Below are positions 1 to 9,822 of a stretch of 64,000 nucleotides of DNA, in pieces. Source of the DNA: a bacterium (GTDB lineage: Bacteria > Bacillota > Clostridia > Oscillospirales > Oscillospiraceae); assembly GCA_963650165.1 (NCBI GenBank), contig CAVJKX010000008.1:1302-65301 (forward strand), in the 5' to 3' direction. The position numbers were made by a program, and so were the translations under genes. How positions within the stretch are numbered: the stretch's first letter is position 1; each line of letters starts with the position of its first letter. Under the pieces are notes generated by a model. The model had not been told where the DNA came from, did not search any database, and saw only the letters and a program-made list of their open reading frames with translations.

Positions 1-1546
<1,546 letters not shown>

Positions 1547-1652
1547 GGTCTCTTCCCCCCGTACACATATTAATACATCGGCCGCGCCGATACTGTCGTA
1601 TACCGGATTATTGCCAAATTGCAAAAATTATATTATAAACGCAATTTTACAT

Positions 1653-1680
1653 TTGCATTTTTTCGATTATGTGTTACAAT
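1653..1680 (+). promoter_or_regulatory. candidate sigma-A promoter for the ferredoxin gene
   Basis: TTGCAT (1653-1658), 16-nt spacer, TACAAT (1675-1680), ~65 nt upstream of the ATG at 1745. Confidence 0.4.
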
Positions 1681-1744
1681 GCACTTGCAAGACATAGGTA
1701 AAGACCTGAATCCTATTGAGCAAACTACATATGGAGGTTACATC

Positions 1745-1912
1745 ATGGCTTTTGTAATTACCGACGAGTGCCTGTCCTGCGGCGCATGCGCAGCACAGTG
1801 CCCTGCCGAAGCTATCTCTATGGGCGAGCTTCACTATGAGATCGATCCCGACAAGTGCCTTGAGTGCGGTGCGTGCGCAGCACAGTGCCCCGCAGAGGCA
1901 ATCGAGGGCTGA
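1745..1912 (+). CDS. 2x[4Fe-4S] clostridial-type ferredoxin (55 aa)
   Basis: MAFVITDECLSCGACAAQCPAEAI...CLECGACAAQCPAEAIEG carries two CxxCxxCxxxCP motifs. GGAGG RBS at 1733-1737. The track ORF start at 1619 is an upstream extension. Confidence 0.9.
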   Translation: MAFVITDECLSCGACAAQCPAEAISMGELHYEIDPDKCLECGACAAQCPAEAIEG

Positions 1913-1928
1913 GTTTCCCACGAGACCG

Positions 1929-1964
1929 AAAAACGCGGTATGGTTTTTTCCATACCGCGTTTTT
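1929..1964. terminator. bidirectional rho-independent terminator
   Basis: Hairpin ACGCGGTATGG / CCATACCGCGT flanked by an A-run and a T-run, between convergent genes. Confidence 0.75.
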
Positions 1965-1983
1965 ACATTGTCTGCACCGGAGC

Positions 1984-2616
1984 TCAGAGCTCTTCGATGA
2001 CGAGGGTGTCCATGATGGCGAGCATCTCGGGGTTCGAGCGGAGCTTTACGCGCTCGTCCTCGTTGTCGTCACCCATGAGCACGACCGTTGCCAGCACATA
2101 GTCGGCGCTCGAGCCTGCCGCGGGGAAGGCCATGCAGTAGCTGCCGCCGTTGGTGAAGCATATGCCGCTTGCGTTTTTGAAGCTGACTCTGCCGAAGTTC
2201 TTGTAGTTTGCCTCGACCGATTTCTCGAGTGCGGCAAAGTCCTCGCCGTGGTAGTAGGCCGCGTACTCGATCTGGATGGCAAAATCGTCGGCGCTCACGA
2301 TGGCAACATGCGAGTCGCCGGAGTCTGCAATGTAGCCCTCGGAGACGATCGCAAAGTCGTGCTTGCCTTCGTCGTAGGTGACGGTGACGCCGATCTCCTT
2401 TGCATCCTTATAGCCGCTTGCGAAGCTGTAAACGCCGGACTTGGGGTTTTTAATGGAAAACTCCGCGGTTTTCTTGCCGCCGGACTTGGCTGCGGGCTTT
2501 GCCGCGGATTTTTCCGCCGCGGGCTTTTTGGCTGCACCGGCCTTGCCCTTGAGCGCAAACGCGGCGCCTGCCGCCGCCGCTGCCGCGACGGGTGCTATGA
2601 CGAGCCATTTTTTCAT
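1984..2616 (-). CDS. hypothetical membrane-anchored/exported protein (210 aa)
   Basis: N-terminal hydrophobic MKKWLVIAPVAAAAAAGAAFAL followed by an Ala/Lys/Pro-rich linker and a globular C-terminal part. No family recognised. Confidence 0.65.
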   Translation of the reverse strand: MKKWLVIAPVAAAAAAGAAFALKGKAGAAKKPAAEKSAAKPAAKSGGKKTAEFSIKNPKSGVYSFASGYKDAKEIGVTVTYDEGKHDFAIVSEGYIADSGDSHVAIVSADDFAIQIEYAAYYHGEDFAALEKSVEANYKNFGRVSFKNASGICFTNGGSYCMAFPAAGSSADYVLATVVLMGDDNEDERVKLRSNPEMLAIMDTLVIEEL

Positions 2617-2713
2617 TGTTATGACCTCCCTTTTATCGAATGATATTATTTTAACCCAAAACCCGCCGTGCCGTCAAGCGCATTGACGCAAAGCACAACA
2701 TTTGCTACAATAT

Positions 2714-2815
2714 TTCAGAGGCGCATTGAGGCTGTGCCTATACGGTGACTGCGGGCGCCCGGTATCGTTACCGCCGCCGAAGCAAGAGCACTGCCGCACA
2801 GCGCGAGTGCAGGCG
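2714..2815. repeat. solo copy of the mosaic intergenic repeat (terminal T-module plus adjacent module), cluster R1
   Basis: TTCAGAGGCGCATTGAGGCTGTGCCTATACGGTGACTGCGGGCGCCCGGTATCGTTACCGCC... closely matches the ends of the clusters at 50326, 53726, 58295 and 61256. Confidence 0.7.
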
Positions 2816-2868
2816 GCCGGGCGTCTGTAATAAATGTATGGGAGAGGCGTTGATTCGCCGCTGAAAAA

Positions 2869-3588
2869 ATGGAGCTATGGGAAAACGGGCCGCAGTTTGA
2901 GCAGTCGGAGCATTTCCGGCTGGGCACGGACTCCGTGCTGCTTGCGGACTTTGTAAATATCGGTGTACGGCGCTGCGGCATAGACCTCGGCTGCGGCTCG
3001 GGCATACTGCCGCTGCTGCTGCTGAGCAGGAGCACGGCGCTGCACATGACCGGGCTGGAGATAAACCCCGAGGCGGCGCAGATCGCACGCGGGAACATGG
3101 CGGCCAACGCGCTGGACGGGCGCAGCCGCATCATGACCGGCGATATCCGCCGCTGCCGCGAGCTGTTCGGGACCGGGCAGTTTGACCTCGTCGTTTCGAA
3201 CCCGCCGTACTTTGCATCGGGAAGCGGCAAGCAGAGCCCTGATGCCGTCAAGGCCGCCGCGCGCGGCGAAACGCTGTGCACGCTGGAGGATATCTGCCGC
3301 GCGGCCTCGTATCTGTGCCGCACGGGCGGCGCGTTCTGCCTCGTGCACAGGGCCGAGCGTCTGGCGGACGTTTTTTGCCTGCTGCGCGAAACGGGCTTTG
3401 AGGCAAAGCGCCTGCGCACGGTGTCGCACTCGGCACGGAAGGAGCCGTCGCTCGTGCTCATCGAGGCACGGCGGGGCGCGGCTGCGGGCCTGAAAATAAT
3501 GCCGCCGCTGTTTATCTGCGGCGACGACGGGCGCGAGAGCGCCGAGATAAAACGCATCTATCACAGGGAGGACGGGCATGAGCGGTAA
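2869..3588 (+). CDS. SAM-dependent methyltransferase, tRNA1(Val) m6A37 (YfiC/TrmN6)-like
   Basis: IDLGCGSGILPL (SAM motif I) and VVSNPPYF (NPPY N6-adenine motif). Sits upstream of rsmI, as yabB-yabC does in Bacillus. Confidence 0.75.
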   Translation: MELWENGPQFEQSEHFRLGTDSVLLADFVNIGVRRCGIDLGCGSGILPLLLLSRSTALHMTGLEINPEAAQIARGNMAANALDGRSRIMTGDIRRCRELFGTGQFDLVVSNPPYFASGSGKQSPDAVKAAARGETLCTLEDICRAASYLCRTGGAFCLVHRAERLADVFCLLRETGFEAKRLRTVSHSARKEPSLVLIEARRGAAAGLKIMPPLFICGDDGRESAEIKRIYHREDGHER

Positions 3589-4408
3589 ATTATATCTGGT
3601 GGGAACGCCGATCGGCAACCTCGGCGACCTTTCGCCGCGCGGAGCGCAGGCTCTGCGCGACGCCGACTTCATCGCGGCCGAGGATACGCGCGTGACGATG
3701 AAGCTGTTAAATCACTTTGACATACGCAGGCCGCTCGTGAGCTATTTTGAGCACAACAAATACGCCTCCGGCGCAAAGATCCTCGAGCGCATCCTCGCAG
3801 GCGAAAGCTGTGCGCTCGTGACCGACGCCGGCATGCCCGCGATATCCGATCCCGGCGAGGAGCTCGTGCGCATGTGCGCGGAAAGCGGCGTCGAGGTGCT
3901 GGTCGTGCCGGGCCCCGCCGCGCTCGTGTCGGCAATTGCGCTGTCGGCGCTGCCATCGGGCAGATTCTGCTTCGAGGGCTTCCTGTCCACATCCAACAAA
4001 AGCCGCCGCGAGCACCTTGAAAGCCTGCGCGGCGAAAAGCGCACCATGATATTTTACGAAGCGCCGCACAAGCTCATGCGCACGCTTGAGGACATGAAGA
4101 ACACCTTCGGCGCCGACCGGCGCATCGCGCTGTGCAGGGAGCTTACGAAGATCCATGAGCAGACGATACGCACGACGCTCGGCGAGGCGATCGAATATTT
4201 CACCGCGACGCCGCCCAAGGGCGAGTTCGTGCTCGTGATAGACGGTGCTCCGGAGCAGGAGCTCGAGCTCACGCTCGACGACGCGCTCAGGCTCGTTGAG
4301 CGCTACCGCGCCGAGGGTCTGCCGCGCAAGGCAGCCTGCAAGAAGGCCGCCGCCGAGACCGGCCGCTCCTCCAAGGAGCTCTACGACAGCTCATTGCTTG
4401 AGCCCTGA
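3578..4408 (+). CDS. rsmI: 16S rRNA (cytidine1402-2'-O)-methyltransferase RsmI
   Basis: MSGKLYLVGTPIGNLGDLSPRGAQALRDADFIAAEDTR is the tetrapyrrole-methylase-fold RsmI N-terminus. Overlaps the upstream gene by 11 nt. Confidence 0.85.
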   Translation: MSGKLYLVGTPIGNLGDLSPRGAQALRDADFIAAEDTRVTMKLLNHFDIRRPLVSYFEHNKYASGAKILERILAGESCALVTDAGMPAISDPGEELVRMCAESGVEVLVVPGPAALVSAIALSALPSGRFCFEGFLSTSNKSRREHLESLRGEKRTMIFYEAPHKLMRTLEDMKNTFGADRRIALCRELTKIHEQTIRTTLGEAIEYFTATPPKGEFVLVIDGAPEQELELTLDDALRLVERYRAEGLPRKAACKKAAAETGRSSKELYDSSLLEP

Positions 4409-4436
4409 CGCCGCAGGCATAATATTGCAGAAAAAA

Positions 4437-4461
4437 CACCCGCATCGTAGTGATGCGGGTG
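4437..4461. terminator. bidirectional terminator hairpin
   Basis: CACCCGCATC-gtagt-GATGCGGGTG with an A6 run before and a T-run after, between convergent rsmI and the carbonic anhydrase gene. Confidence 0.7.
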
Positions 4462-4476
4462 GTCATTTTTATGTGC

Positions 4477-5034
4477 TCAGATCAGCTCGACGCGGCCGCT
4501 TTCCAGGCGGTAGAGCGCACCGACGACCCTGAGGCCGTGGCTCTCCTCCTCTCTGCGTATGCCGATGCTGCTTTCGATCACTTCAATGCTGTGCTTTACG
4601 TTCAGGCAGCAGGCGGCGTAGTCCCCGCGCTCCCCGCCGACGGCAAGGCGTATCTCGTCGGTGATGAACTTGATGTATCCGTCCGGATCGTGGTTTATCG
4701 CCGCATCGACCGCGCCGCAGTGATCGTGCCCGAGCACCATGATGAGCTTGCAGCCCAGATGCCCGGCGGCGTATTCTATGCTGCCGAGCTGGTGATTGTC
4801 TATCACGTTGCCCGCGACCCTTATAACGAAAAGCTCGCCTATACCCGCGGAGAAAACGCTCTCGGGTATAACGCGCGAGTCGGAGCATGCGACGATTATC
4901 GCATAGGGGCTCTGCCCCTCGCGGCAGGTCCTGAGCCTGCTTGCCGGCGAGATATCGCCGCCGGGCGTTTCCGAGTCAAGATAAATTTTATTGCCCTCCA
5001 TGAGCCTTTCAAGGGCTTCCTGCGCCGTCAACAT
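4477..5034 (-). CDS. beta-class carbonic anhydrase
   Basis: CSDSR ... HDHCGAV zinc-ligand motifs (IIVACSDSRVIPE, VLGHDHCGAVDAA). Confidence 0.85.
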   Translation of the reverse strand: MLTAQEALERLMEGNKIYLDSETPGGDISPASRLRTCREGQSPYAIIVACSDSRVIPESVFSAGIGELFVIRVAGNVIDNHQLGSIEYAAGHLGCKLIMVLGHDHCGAVDAAINHDPDGYIKFITDEIRLAVGGERGDYAACCLNVKHSIEVIESSIGIRREEESHGLRVVGALYRLESGRVELI

Positions 5035-5047
5035 AGTCTTCCCCTCC

Positions 5048-5701
5048 TCACGGCTGCGCCTGCTCGGCAGCCTTTATGCGCCGGTACATATCCTGCATCT
5101 GCCGGTCGATCTCGGCGATCTTATCCGCGCAGGCGAACATTTCCTCGTTGATGCCGCAGGGCAGCGTCGTCTTGTCCACCTTGTAGCGGATATCGTGCTC
5201 GAGGCTTGCCCAAAAGTCCATGGCGATGGTGCGCAGCTGGATCTCGGCCGTTATGTGATCGGTGCGGTCGGACAGATAGACCGGCACGCGAATATCCAGA
5301 TGCAGCGAGCGGTAGCCGTTGTAGTTCGGCGTTTCGATGTAGTCCTGGCGCTTCACGATCTCGATATCGGCCTGCCTCTCGAGCATTTCCGCCACGCGGT
5401 ACACGTCGTCTATGTAGCTGCACACGACGCGCACGCCGGCTATGTCGTTGATACCCCTGCGTGCGGCGCTTATCGTGAGCGGCAGTCCTTTTTTCATGAG
5501 CTTTGCCGCGATGCTCTCGGGGCTTTTTACGCGCCCTTCGATATGGTGTATGGGGTTGCGCGCGTAAAGCGTCTCAAACTCGTGGTTGAGTATCTCAAAC
5601 TTGAGCGACAGCTGTTTTACCGCCGCATTGTAGAGATTCTGCATCAGCAGCACCTCGTGCGGATCGTCCATGAGCGGCGCTGCGTTTTTCGCTTCTACCA
5701 T
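5048..5701 (-). CDS. small alarmone synthetase (GTP pyrophosphokinase, RelQ/RelP-type)
   Basis: 217 aa, single RelA/SpoT synthetase domain: IEGRVKSPESIAAKL, DIAGVRVVC, GYRSLHL, EIQLRTIAMDFWASLEHD. Confidence 0.85.
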   Translation of the reverse strand: MVEAKNAAPLMDDPHEVLLMQNLYNAAVKQLSLKFEILNHEFETLYARNPIHHIEGRVKSPESIAAKLMKKGLPLTISAARRGINDIAGVRVVCSYIDDVYRVAEMLERQADIEIVKRQDYIETPNYNGYRSLHLDIRVPVYLSDRTDHITAEIQLRTIAMDFWASLEHDIRYKVDKTTLPCGINEEMFACADKIAEIDRQMQDMYRRIKAAEQAQP

Positions 5702-6126
5702 CTGCTGTTTCCCCCTGTTTCATTATTTTCGCGCTTCCGGCTCTGCTCCGCCGTGCATTCGGGGCAGAGCCCCTCGAAAAGCAGCCTGTGGCGGATGATA
5801 CTGCAGCCGGACAGCTCGGCCGTTTCCCCGTCGAGAAAAGGCTTGTACGGCGTCGGCACGTCAATAACGCTGCCGCATTTTACGCAGAGCATATGATAGT
5901 GCGGCTCCGTGCGCAGGTCGTATCGGTCGGCGCCGGGGACGCGCACATGATTTATGGCCCCGTCCTCCGACAGGCAGCTGAGGTTGCGGTACACCGTGCC
6001 GTGGCTGATCCTCGGGTCTGATGCGCGGACATCCTCATATATCTGCTCCGCCGTGGGGTGATCGCGCCGGGACTGCACCGCCCGCAGGATCAGACGGCGC
6101 TGCCTTGTATCTCTTCTGACAGTCAT
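5695..6126 (-). CDS. Fur-family transcriptional regulator (PerR-like by context)
   Basis: RQRRLILRAVQS...HPTAEQIYEDV...ISHGTVYRNL winged helix; HYHMLCVKCG ... CPEC metal sites. Adjacent to rubrerythrin. Confidence 0.8.
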   Translation of the reverse strand: MTVRRDTRQRRLILRAVQSRRDHPTAEQIYEDVRASDPRISHGTVYRNLSCLSEDGAINHVRVPGADRYDLRTEPHYHMLCVKCGSVIDVPTPYKPFLDGETAELSGCSIIRHRLLFEGLCPECTAEQSRKRENNETGGNSRW

Positions 6127-6202
6127 CAGTTTTCTCTCCGTTTTTACCGATGCCCGCCCCGTCTGTATGATACGGGGCGGGCGTTTTTACATTGCCTGTA
6201 TT

Positions 6203-6748
6203 TCAGTAGTTGTCCGCGTGGACCTCGAAGTAGCTCTGCGGATGCTTGCAGGCCGGGCACAGCTCCGGTGCGCTCGTTCCGACGACGATGTGGCCGCAGT
6301 TGCGGCACTCCCAGACCTTGACCTCGCTCTTTTCAAAGACCTGCGCCGTCTCGACATTGCGCAGCAGCGCGCGGTAGCGCTCCTCGTGATGCTTCTCGAC
6401 CGCCGCTATGAGGCGGAAGCGCTCGGCAAGCTCCGGGAAGCCCTCCTCGTCGGCGGTTTTTGCAAAGCCCTCGTACATGTCCGTCCACTCGTAGTTCTCG
6501 CCCTCGGCCGCCGCGGCGAGGTTCTGCGCCGTGTCGCCTATGCCGCTGAGCTCCTTGAACCAGAGCTTTGCGTGCTCCTTCTCGTTTTCCGCCGTTTTCA
6601 GGAACAGCGCGGCTATCTGCTCGAAGCCCTGCTTCTTGGCAACGGAAGCAAAGTAGGTGTATTTGTTTCTCGCCTGCGACTCGCCCGCGAAAGCCTCCCA
6701 GAGGTTTTTCTCGGTCTGTGTGCCTGCGTATTTGTTTTCGGTATTCAT
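6203..6748 (-). CDS. rbr: rubrerythrin
   Basis: Ferritin-like diiron motifs ([23 protein letters not shown]) plus a C-terminal rubredoxin CRNCG...CPAC. ATG at 6748 follows a GGGAG RBS; the track start at 6826 is an extension. Confidence 0.9.
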   Translation of the reverse strand: MNTENKYAGTQTEKNLWEAFAGESQARNKYTYFASVAKKQGFEQIAALFLKTAENEKEHAKLWFKELSGIGDTAQNLAAAAEGENYEWTDMYEGFAKTADEEGFPELAERFRLIAAVEKHHEERYRALLRNVETAQVFEKSEVKVWECRNCGHIVVGTSAPELCPACKHPQSYFEVHADNY

Positions 6749-6775
6749 AATATAAAACTCCCTTCTTAAATCACT

Positions 6776-6806
6776 ATCAGGATTAAATCCTGATAAGATT
6801 TTATCA
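6776..6806. promoter_or_regulatory. overlapping palindromic operator candidates at the rbr promoter
   Basis: Perfect 9-1-9 palindrome ATCAGGATT-A-AATCCTGAT (6776-6794), overlapped by TGATAA-N4-TTATCA (6791-6806). A third related 10-3-10 palindrome, ATATCAGGAG-aag-CTCCTGATAT, lies at 6839-6861. Confidence 0.45.
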
Positions 6807-6826
6807 GAAAATCCCCGTCCTGTCAA
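6798..6826 (-). promoter_or_regulatory. candidate sigma-A promoter of rbr
   Basis: On the minus strand: TTGACA (6826-6821), 17-nt spacer, TAAAAT (6803-6798). The -10 lies inside the TGATAA/TTATCA palindrome. Confidence 0.5.
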
Positions 6827-6851
6827 GCCTTTGCCGACATATCAGGAGAAG

Positions 6852-6933
6852 CTCCTGATATGCCGAGAAGGCTCCGCATTTTCATGCGGAAGCTACTGAT
6901 ATGCTGAGAAGGCTCCGCATTTTCATGCGGAGC
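6852..6933. repeat. 41-bp tandem duplication, each copy carrying a hairpin (TCCGCAT-tttc-ATGCGGA)
   Basis: Units 6852-6892 and 6893-6933 differ at 3 positions. They lie just downstream of the minus-strand gene ending at 6973. Weak T tails, so the terminator role is uncertain. Confidence 0.6.
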
Positions 6934-6972
6934 CTCCTGCTATATAGGAAGGAAGGGGGGATTGGCAGCGTG

Positions 6973-8901
6973 TTATATTGCCAGAGCGGCGTTGAGAGCA
7001 TCGCCCGTTGCGATCATGGAGTTACCGGGTGCCTGACGCGCCTCGCCGATGACTATGACCTGCGGTACGAGCTTTTCGAGCTCTGCGGAAAGCGTGTTGT
7101 TGGAGCGGTAGCCCATTGCCAGCACGACGTTGTCGTAGCCGCGCAGCTCGTGAGTGCTGCCGTCGAGCGTGCTCGTGTAGGAGACGCCGTCGGTGAAGAA
7201 CTCGCTGACGCGTGCGTTGGTGAACTGGCCGACCTTGTGGTGCTCGAGGCTTGCCATGATGTACTTGCGCGGCTCGGGCATGATGTCCTCGCCCACCACG
7301 GGCTTCATCTCTACGATGTCGCAGTCGTGGCCGCGCTCGGCAAGATGCTCGGCAGCCTCTGCGCCGACCATGCCGCCGCCGACGATGAGTACCTTTTTGC
7401 CGACGTTGTATTTGCCCGTGAGCATATCCTCGGCGTTTACATAGCCGCAGTCGGCAAGGCCGGGGATGGGCAGGATCAGCGGCGTGGAGCCGGTAGCGAC
7501 GATCACCGCGTCGGGCTTGAGCTCGCCGACGAGTTCGGGCGTAACGGTGACGCCGAGACGGATATCTACGCCCGCCTCACGGCATCTGACGATGAGGCTG
7601 CGGATGGCGGGAGCGATCTCGCCCTTTGCGGGAGGATAGGAAGCGACGAGGAAGTGGCCGCCGAGCTCCGTGCCCTTCTCGAGGAGAATGACATCGTGGC
7701 CGCGCTTTGCGCACATCATTGCGGCGTACATTCCGCCGGGGCCGCCGCCGATGACGAGCACCTTCTTCTGCTCCTCGGCGGGGACTATTTCCGCCTCGCG
7801 GCCTACGCAGGGGTTCATCGCGCAGGTGATGGGGCGGCCTGCGAGCATGTTCGGCACGCAGCCGAGCAGGCAGGCGATGCAGGGGGCGAGAGTCTCAAGA
7901 TGGCCGGTGCGCGCCTTGACGGGCAGCTCGGGATCGGCTATCGACTGACGGCCGAAGGCAACGAGGTCTGCTCTGCCCTGGCGGACCAGGAGCTCGGCGT
8001 ACTGCGGCTCGGTGTAGCGGCCGACGGTGATGACGGGAATGGAGACGGCCTTCTTGATCTCGGTAACGAGGTCGGCGTTGAAGCCGCCGTGGGTGTTATT
8101 GGGCGCCCACATGAACTCGTCGTGCAGGTGTATCGAGCGGGAGACGTGGAGAGCGTCGATGCCGCACTCCTGCTCAAGATAGGCGGCGACTGCCGACGCA
8201 TCCTGAACGGTCAGGCCGCCCTCGCCCTCGTCTCTTGCGTTTATGCGGCAGAGGATGGGCATATTGCCGGTCTTGCGGCGGATATTTTCGATTATCAGGC
8301 GCGGCAGGCGCATGCGGTTTTCAAAGCAGCCGCCGAACTCGTCGGTGCGCTTGTTGGTGCGCGCGGAAATGAAGGTGCTGACAAGGTAGCCGTGTGCGCA
8401 GTGCACCTCGACCATGTCTATGCCGGCTTTCTGAGCGCGGGCCGCGGCATCGCCGTAGGCCTCGATGAGGCGGTAGACCTCCTCGGTCGGCATGGCGACG
8501 GGGATCTCGCCGCCGCAGTGGGACGCCATGGCGCTTGCGGCCTTGAGGGGATAGCCGGTGAGCTTGGAGTTGCCCTCGGGACCGGCGTGCTGGAGCTGGA
8601 TGCTGACCTTCGCGCCGTAGCGGTGGCAGCGCTCGGCTACCTTGCGGAAGCTGTCAACGACATCGTCGGAAAACAGGCAGGGCTTTCTCGGGCCGCCCTT
8701 GGCCTCGGAGTAAACGACGGTCGATTCGATGGTTATCAGGCCGAAGCCGCCCTTGGCGCGGGCCTCGTAGTAGGCCGCCGAGCGATCGGACAGCGAGCCG
8801 TCGGTGTTTGCAAAGTTGTTGCCCATCGGCGGAACGACGAAACGGTTCGGAACGGTGACGGTGCCGATATTAATGGGGCTGAACATCGTGGGAAATTTCA
8901 T
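6973..8901 (-). CDS. OYE-family NADH:flavin oxidoreductase fused to an FAD/NAD(P) domain (2-enoate reductase / 2,4-dienoyl-CoA reductase family)
   Basis: 642 aa. N-terminal TIM barrel (HCAHGYL, RINARD), Cys cluster CIACLLGC, then VLVIGGGPGGMYAA and a second Rossmann motif VLIVGGGMVGAE. Confidence 0.85.
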   Translation of the reverse strand: MKFPTMFSPINIGTVTVPNRFVVPPMGNNFANTDGSLSDRSAAYYEARAKGGFGLITIESTVVYSEAKGGPRKPCLFSDDVVDSFRKVAERCHRYGAKVSIQLQHAGPEGNSKLTGYPLKAASAMASHCGGEIPVAMPTEEVYRLIEAYGDAAARAQKAGIDMVEVHCAHGYLVSTFISARTNKRTDEFGGCFENRMRLPRLIIENIRRKTGNMPILCRINARDEGEGGLTVQDASAVAAYLEQECGIDALHVSRSIHLHDEFMWAPNNTHGGFNADLVTEIKKAVSIPVITVGRYTEPQYAELLVRQGRADLVAFGRQSIADPELPVKARTGHLETLAPCIACLLGCVPNMLAGRPITCAMNPCVGREAEIVPAEEQKKVLVIGGGPGGMYAAMMCAKRGHDVILLEKGTELGGHFLVASYPPAKGEIAPAIRSLIVRCREAGVDIRLGVTVTPELVGELKPDAVIVATGSTPLILPIPGLADCGYVNAEDMLTGKYNVGKKVLIVGGGMVGAEAAEHLAERGHDCDIVEMKPVVGEDIMPEPRKYIMASLEHHKVGQFTNARVSEFFTDGVSYTSTLDGSTHELRGYDNVVLAMGYRSNNTLSAELEKLVPQVIVIGEARQAPGNSMIATGDALNAALAI

Positions 8902-8930
8902 CTTATATGTACCTCTCTTCCGCGTTCGCT

Positions 8931-9803
8931 TCAGCTGAAGAATTTTGCGGCTACCTCGTCCTCCGGCATTTCCTTGCCGGTGAACAGACGGAAGGCCTCA
9001 ACGCCCTGCTGCAGCAGCATTCCGATGCCGCCGACGGTGACGCAGCCGGCAGCCGCGGCTTCCCTGATCATGCGCGTCTCGCGGGGATTGTAGACGGTGT
9101 CCGCAACGACGAGCTCGGGGCGGTAGAGCGAAGGATCGATGAGCGTCTCGCCGTCGAGCGGAGCCATGCCGACCTTGGTCGCATTGACCAGAATGTCGCA
9201 GGCGCTGACGGCCCTGGCGACGGCTTCCGCATCACCGAGATCGTCGGCCTCGGCCTCGCAGCCGGGGATGCTGGTGACGATCTTTTCGACCGTCTGCTCT
9301 GCATTTGCAAAGCTCTTGGAGCTCTTGCGGTTGAGAATGACGAGCTTCTTTGCGCCGTCGAGTGCGCACTGGATGCTCAGGGCGGTCGCAGCACCGCCCG
9401 CACCCAGGACGACTATGCTCTTGCCCTTGACGGAAACGCCGTGCTTTTCGAGGTTGCGCACGAAGCCTACGCCGTCGGTGTTGTGACCGGTGAGCTTGCC
9501 GGTCTCGTCGGCGGTGACGGTGTTGCATGCGCCGATGAGCTTTACCGCGGGGGACAGCTCGTCGAGGTAATCGCACACGGCGGTCTTGCCGGGCATGGTG
9601 ATATTGAAGCCGCCGACGTTCATGAGTCTGAGCGCCTTTACGGCCTCTCCGACCTTCTCGAGAGGAATGTCGAAGGCGAGATATGCGTTATTGAGACCCA
9701 GCTTGTCGAAGCTGTAGTTGTACATTGCCGGAGATCCGGAGTGGCCTACGGGAGAGCCGATCAGGCAGAAAAGCCTGGTGTGTCCGTCGATTCTGTGTTC
9801 CAT
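8931..9803 (-). CDS. shikimate/quinate 5-dehydrogenase (AroE/YdiB family)
   Basis: LIGSPVGHSGSPAMYN, NITMPGK, HNTDGVGF, VVLGAGGAA motifs. ATG at 9803 with an AGGAGG RBS; the track start at 9935 is an extension into the upstream gene. Confidence 0.85.
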   Translation of the reverse strand: MEHRIDGHTRLFCLIGSPVGHSGSPAMYNYSFDKLGLNNAYLAFDIPLEKVGEAVKALRLMNVGGFNITMPGKTAVCDYLDELSPAVKLIGACNTVTADETGKLTGHNTDGVGFVRNLEKHGVSVKGKSIVVLGAGGAATALSIQCALDGAKKLVILNRKSSKSFANAEQTVEKIVTSIPGCEAEADDLGDAEAVARAVSACDILVNATKVGMAPLDGETLIDPSLYRPELVVADTVYNPRETRMIREAAAAGCVTVGGIGMLLQQGVEAFRLFTGKEMPEDEVAAKFFS

Positions 9804-9822
9804 GTTAATTCCTCCTGTCTGA

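Noticed and set aside
6127-6202. GC-rich hairpin GCCCGCCCCGT-N9-ACGGGGCGGGC between rbr and the fur-like gene as a terminator for rbr
   Set aside because: The T-run follows the hairpin on the plus strand, not on the coding (minus) strand. It may be an RNA-stability or partial-attenuation element, so the orientation does not support a clean rbr terminator call.
6776-6861. Calling the rbr-upstream palindromes a canonical PerR/Fur box
   Set aside because: The sequence (ATCAGGATT-A-AATCCTGAT) does not resemble the TTATAAT-N-ATTATAA consensus I know. I kept it only as an operator candidate of unknown specificity.
6901-9093. 730-aa plus-strand ORF
   Set aside because: Antisense shadow of the enoate reductase gene in GC-rich DNA. 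The translation is Ala/Gly/Asp/Leu-rich with no domain signatures, whereas the minus-strand product has complete OYE and Rossmann motifs.
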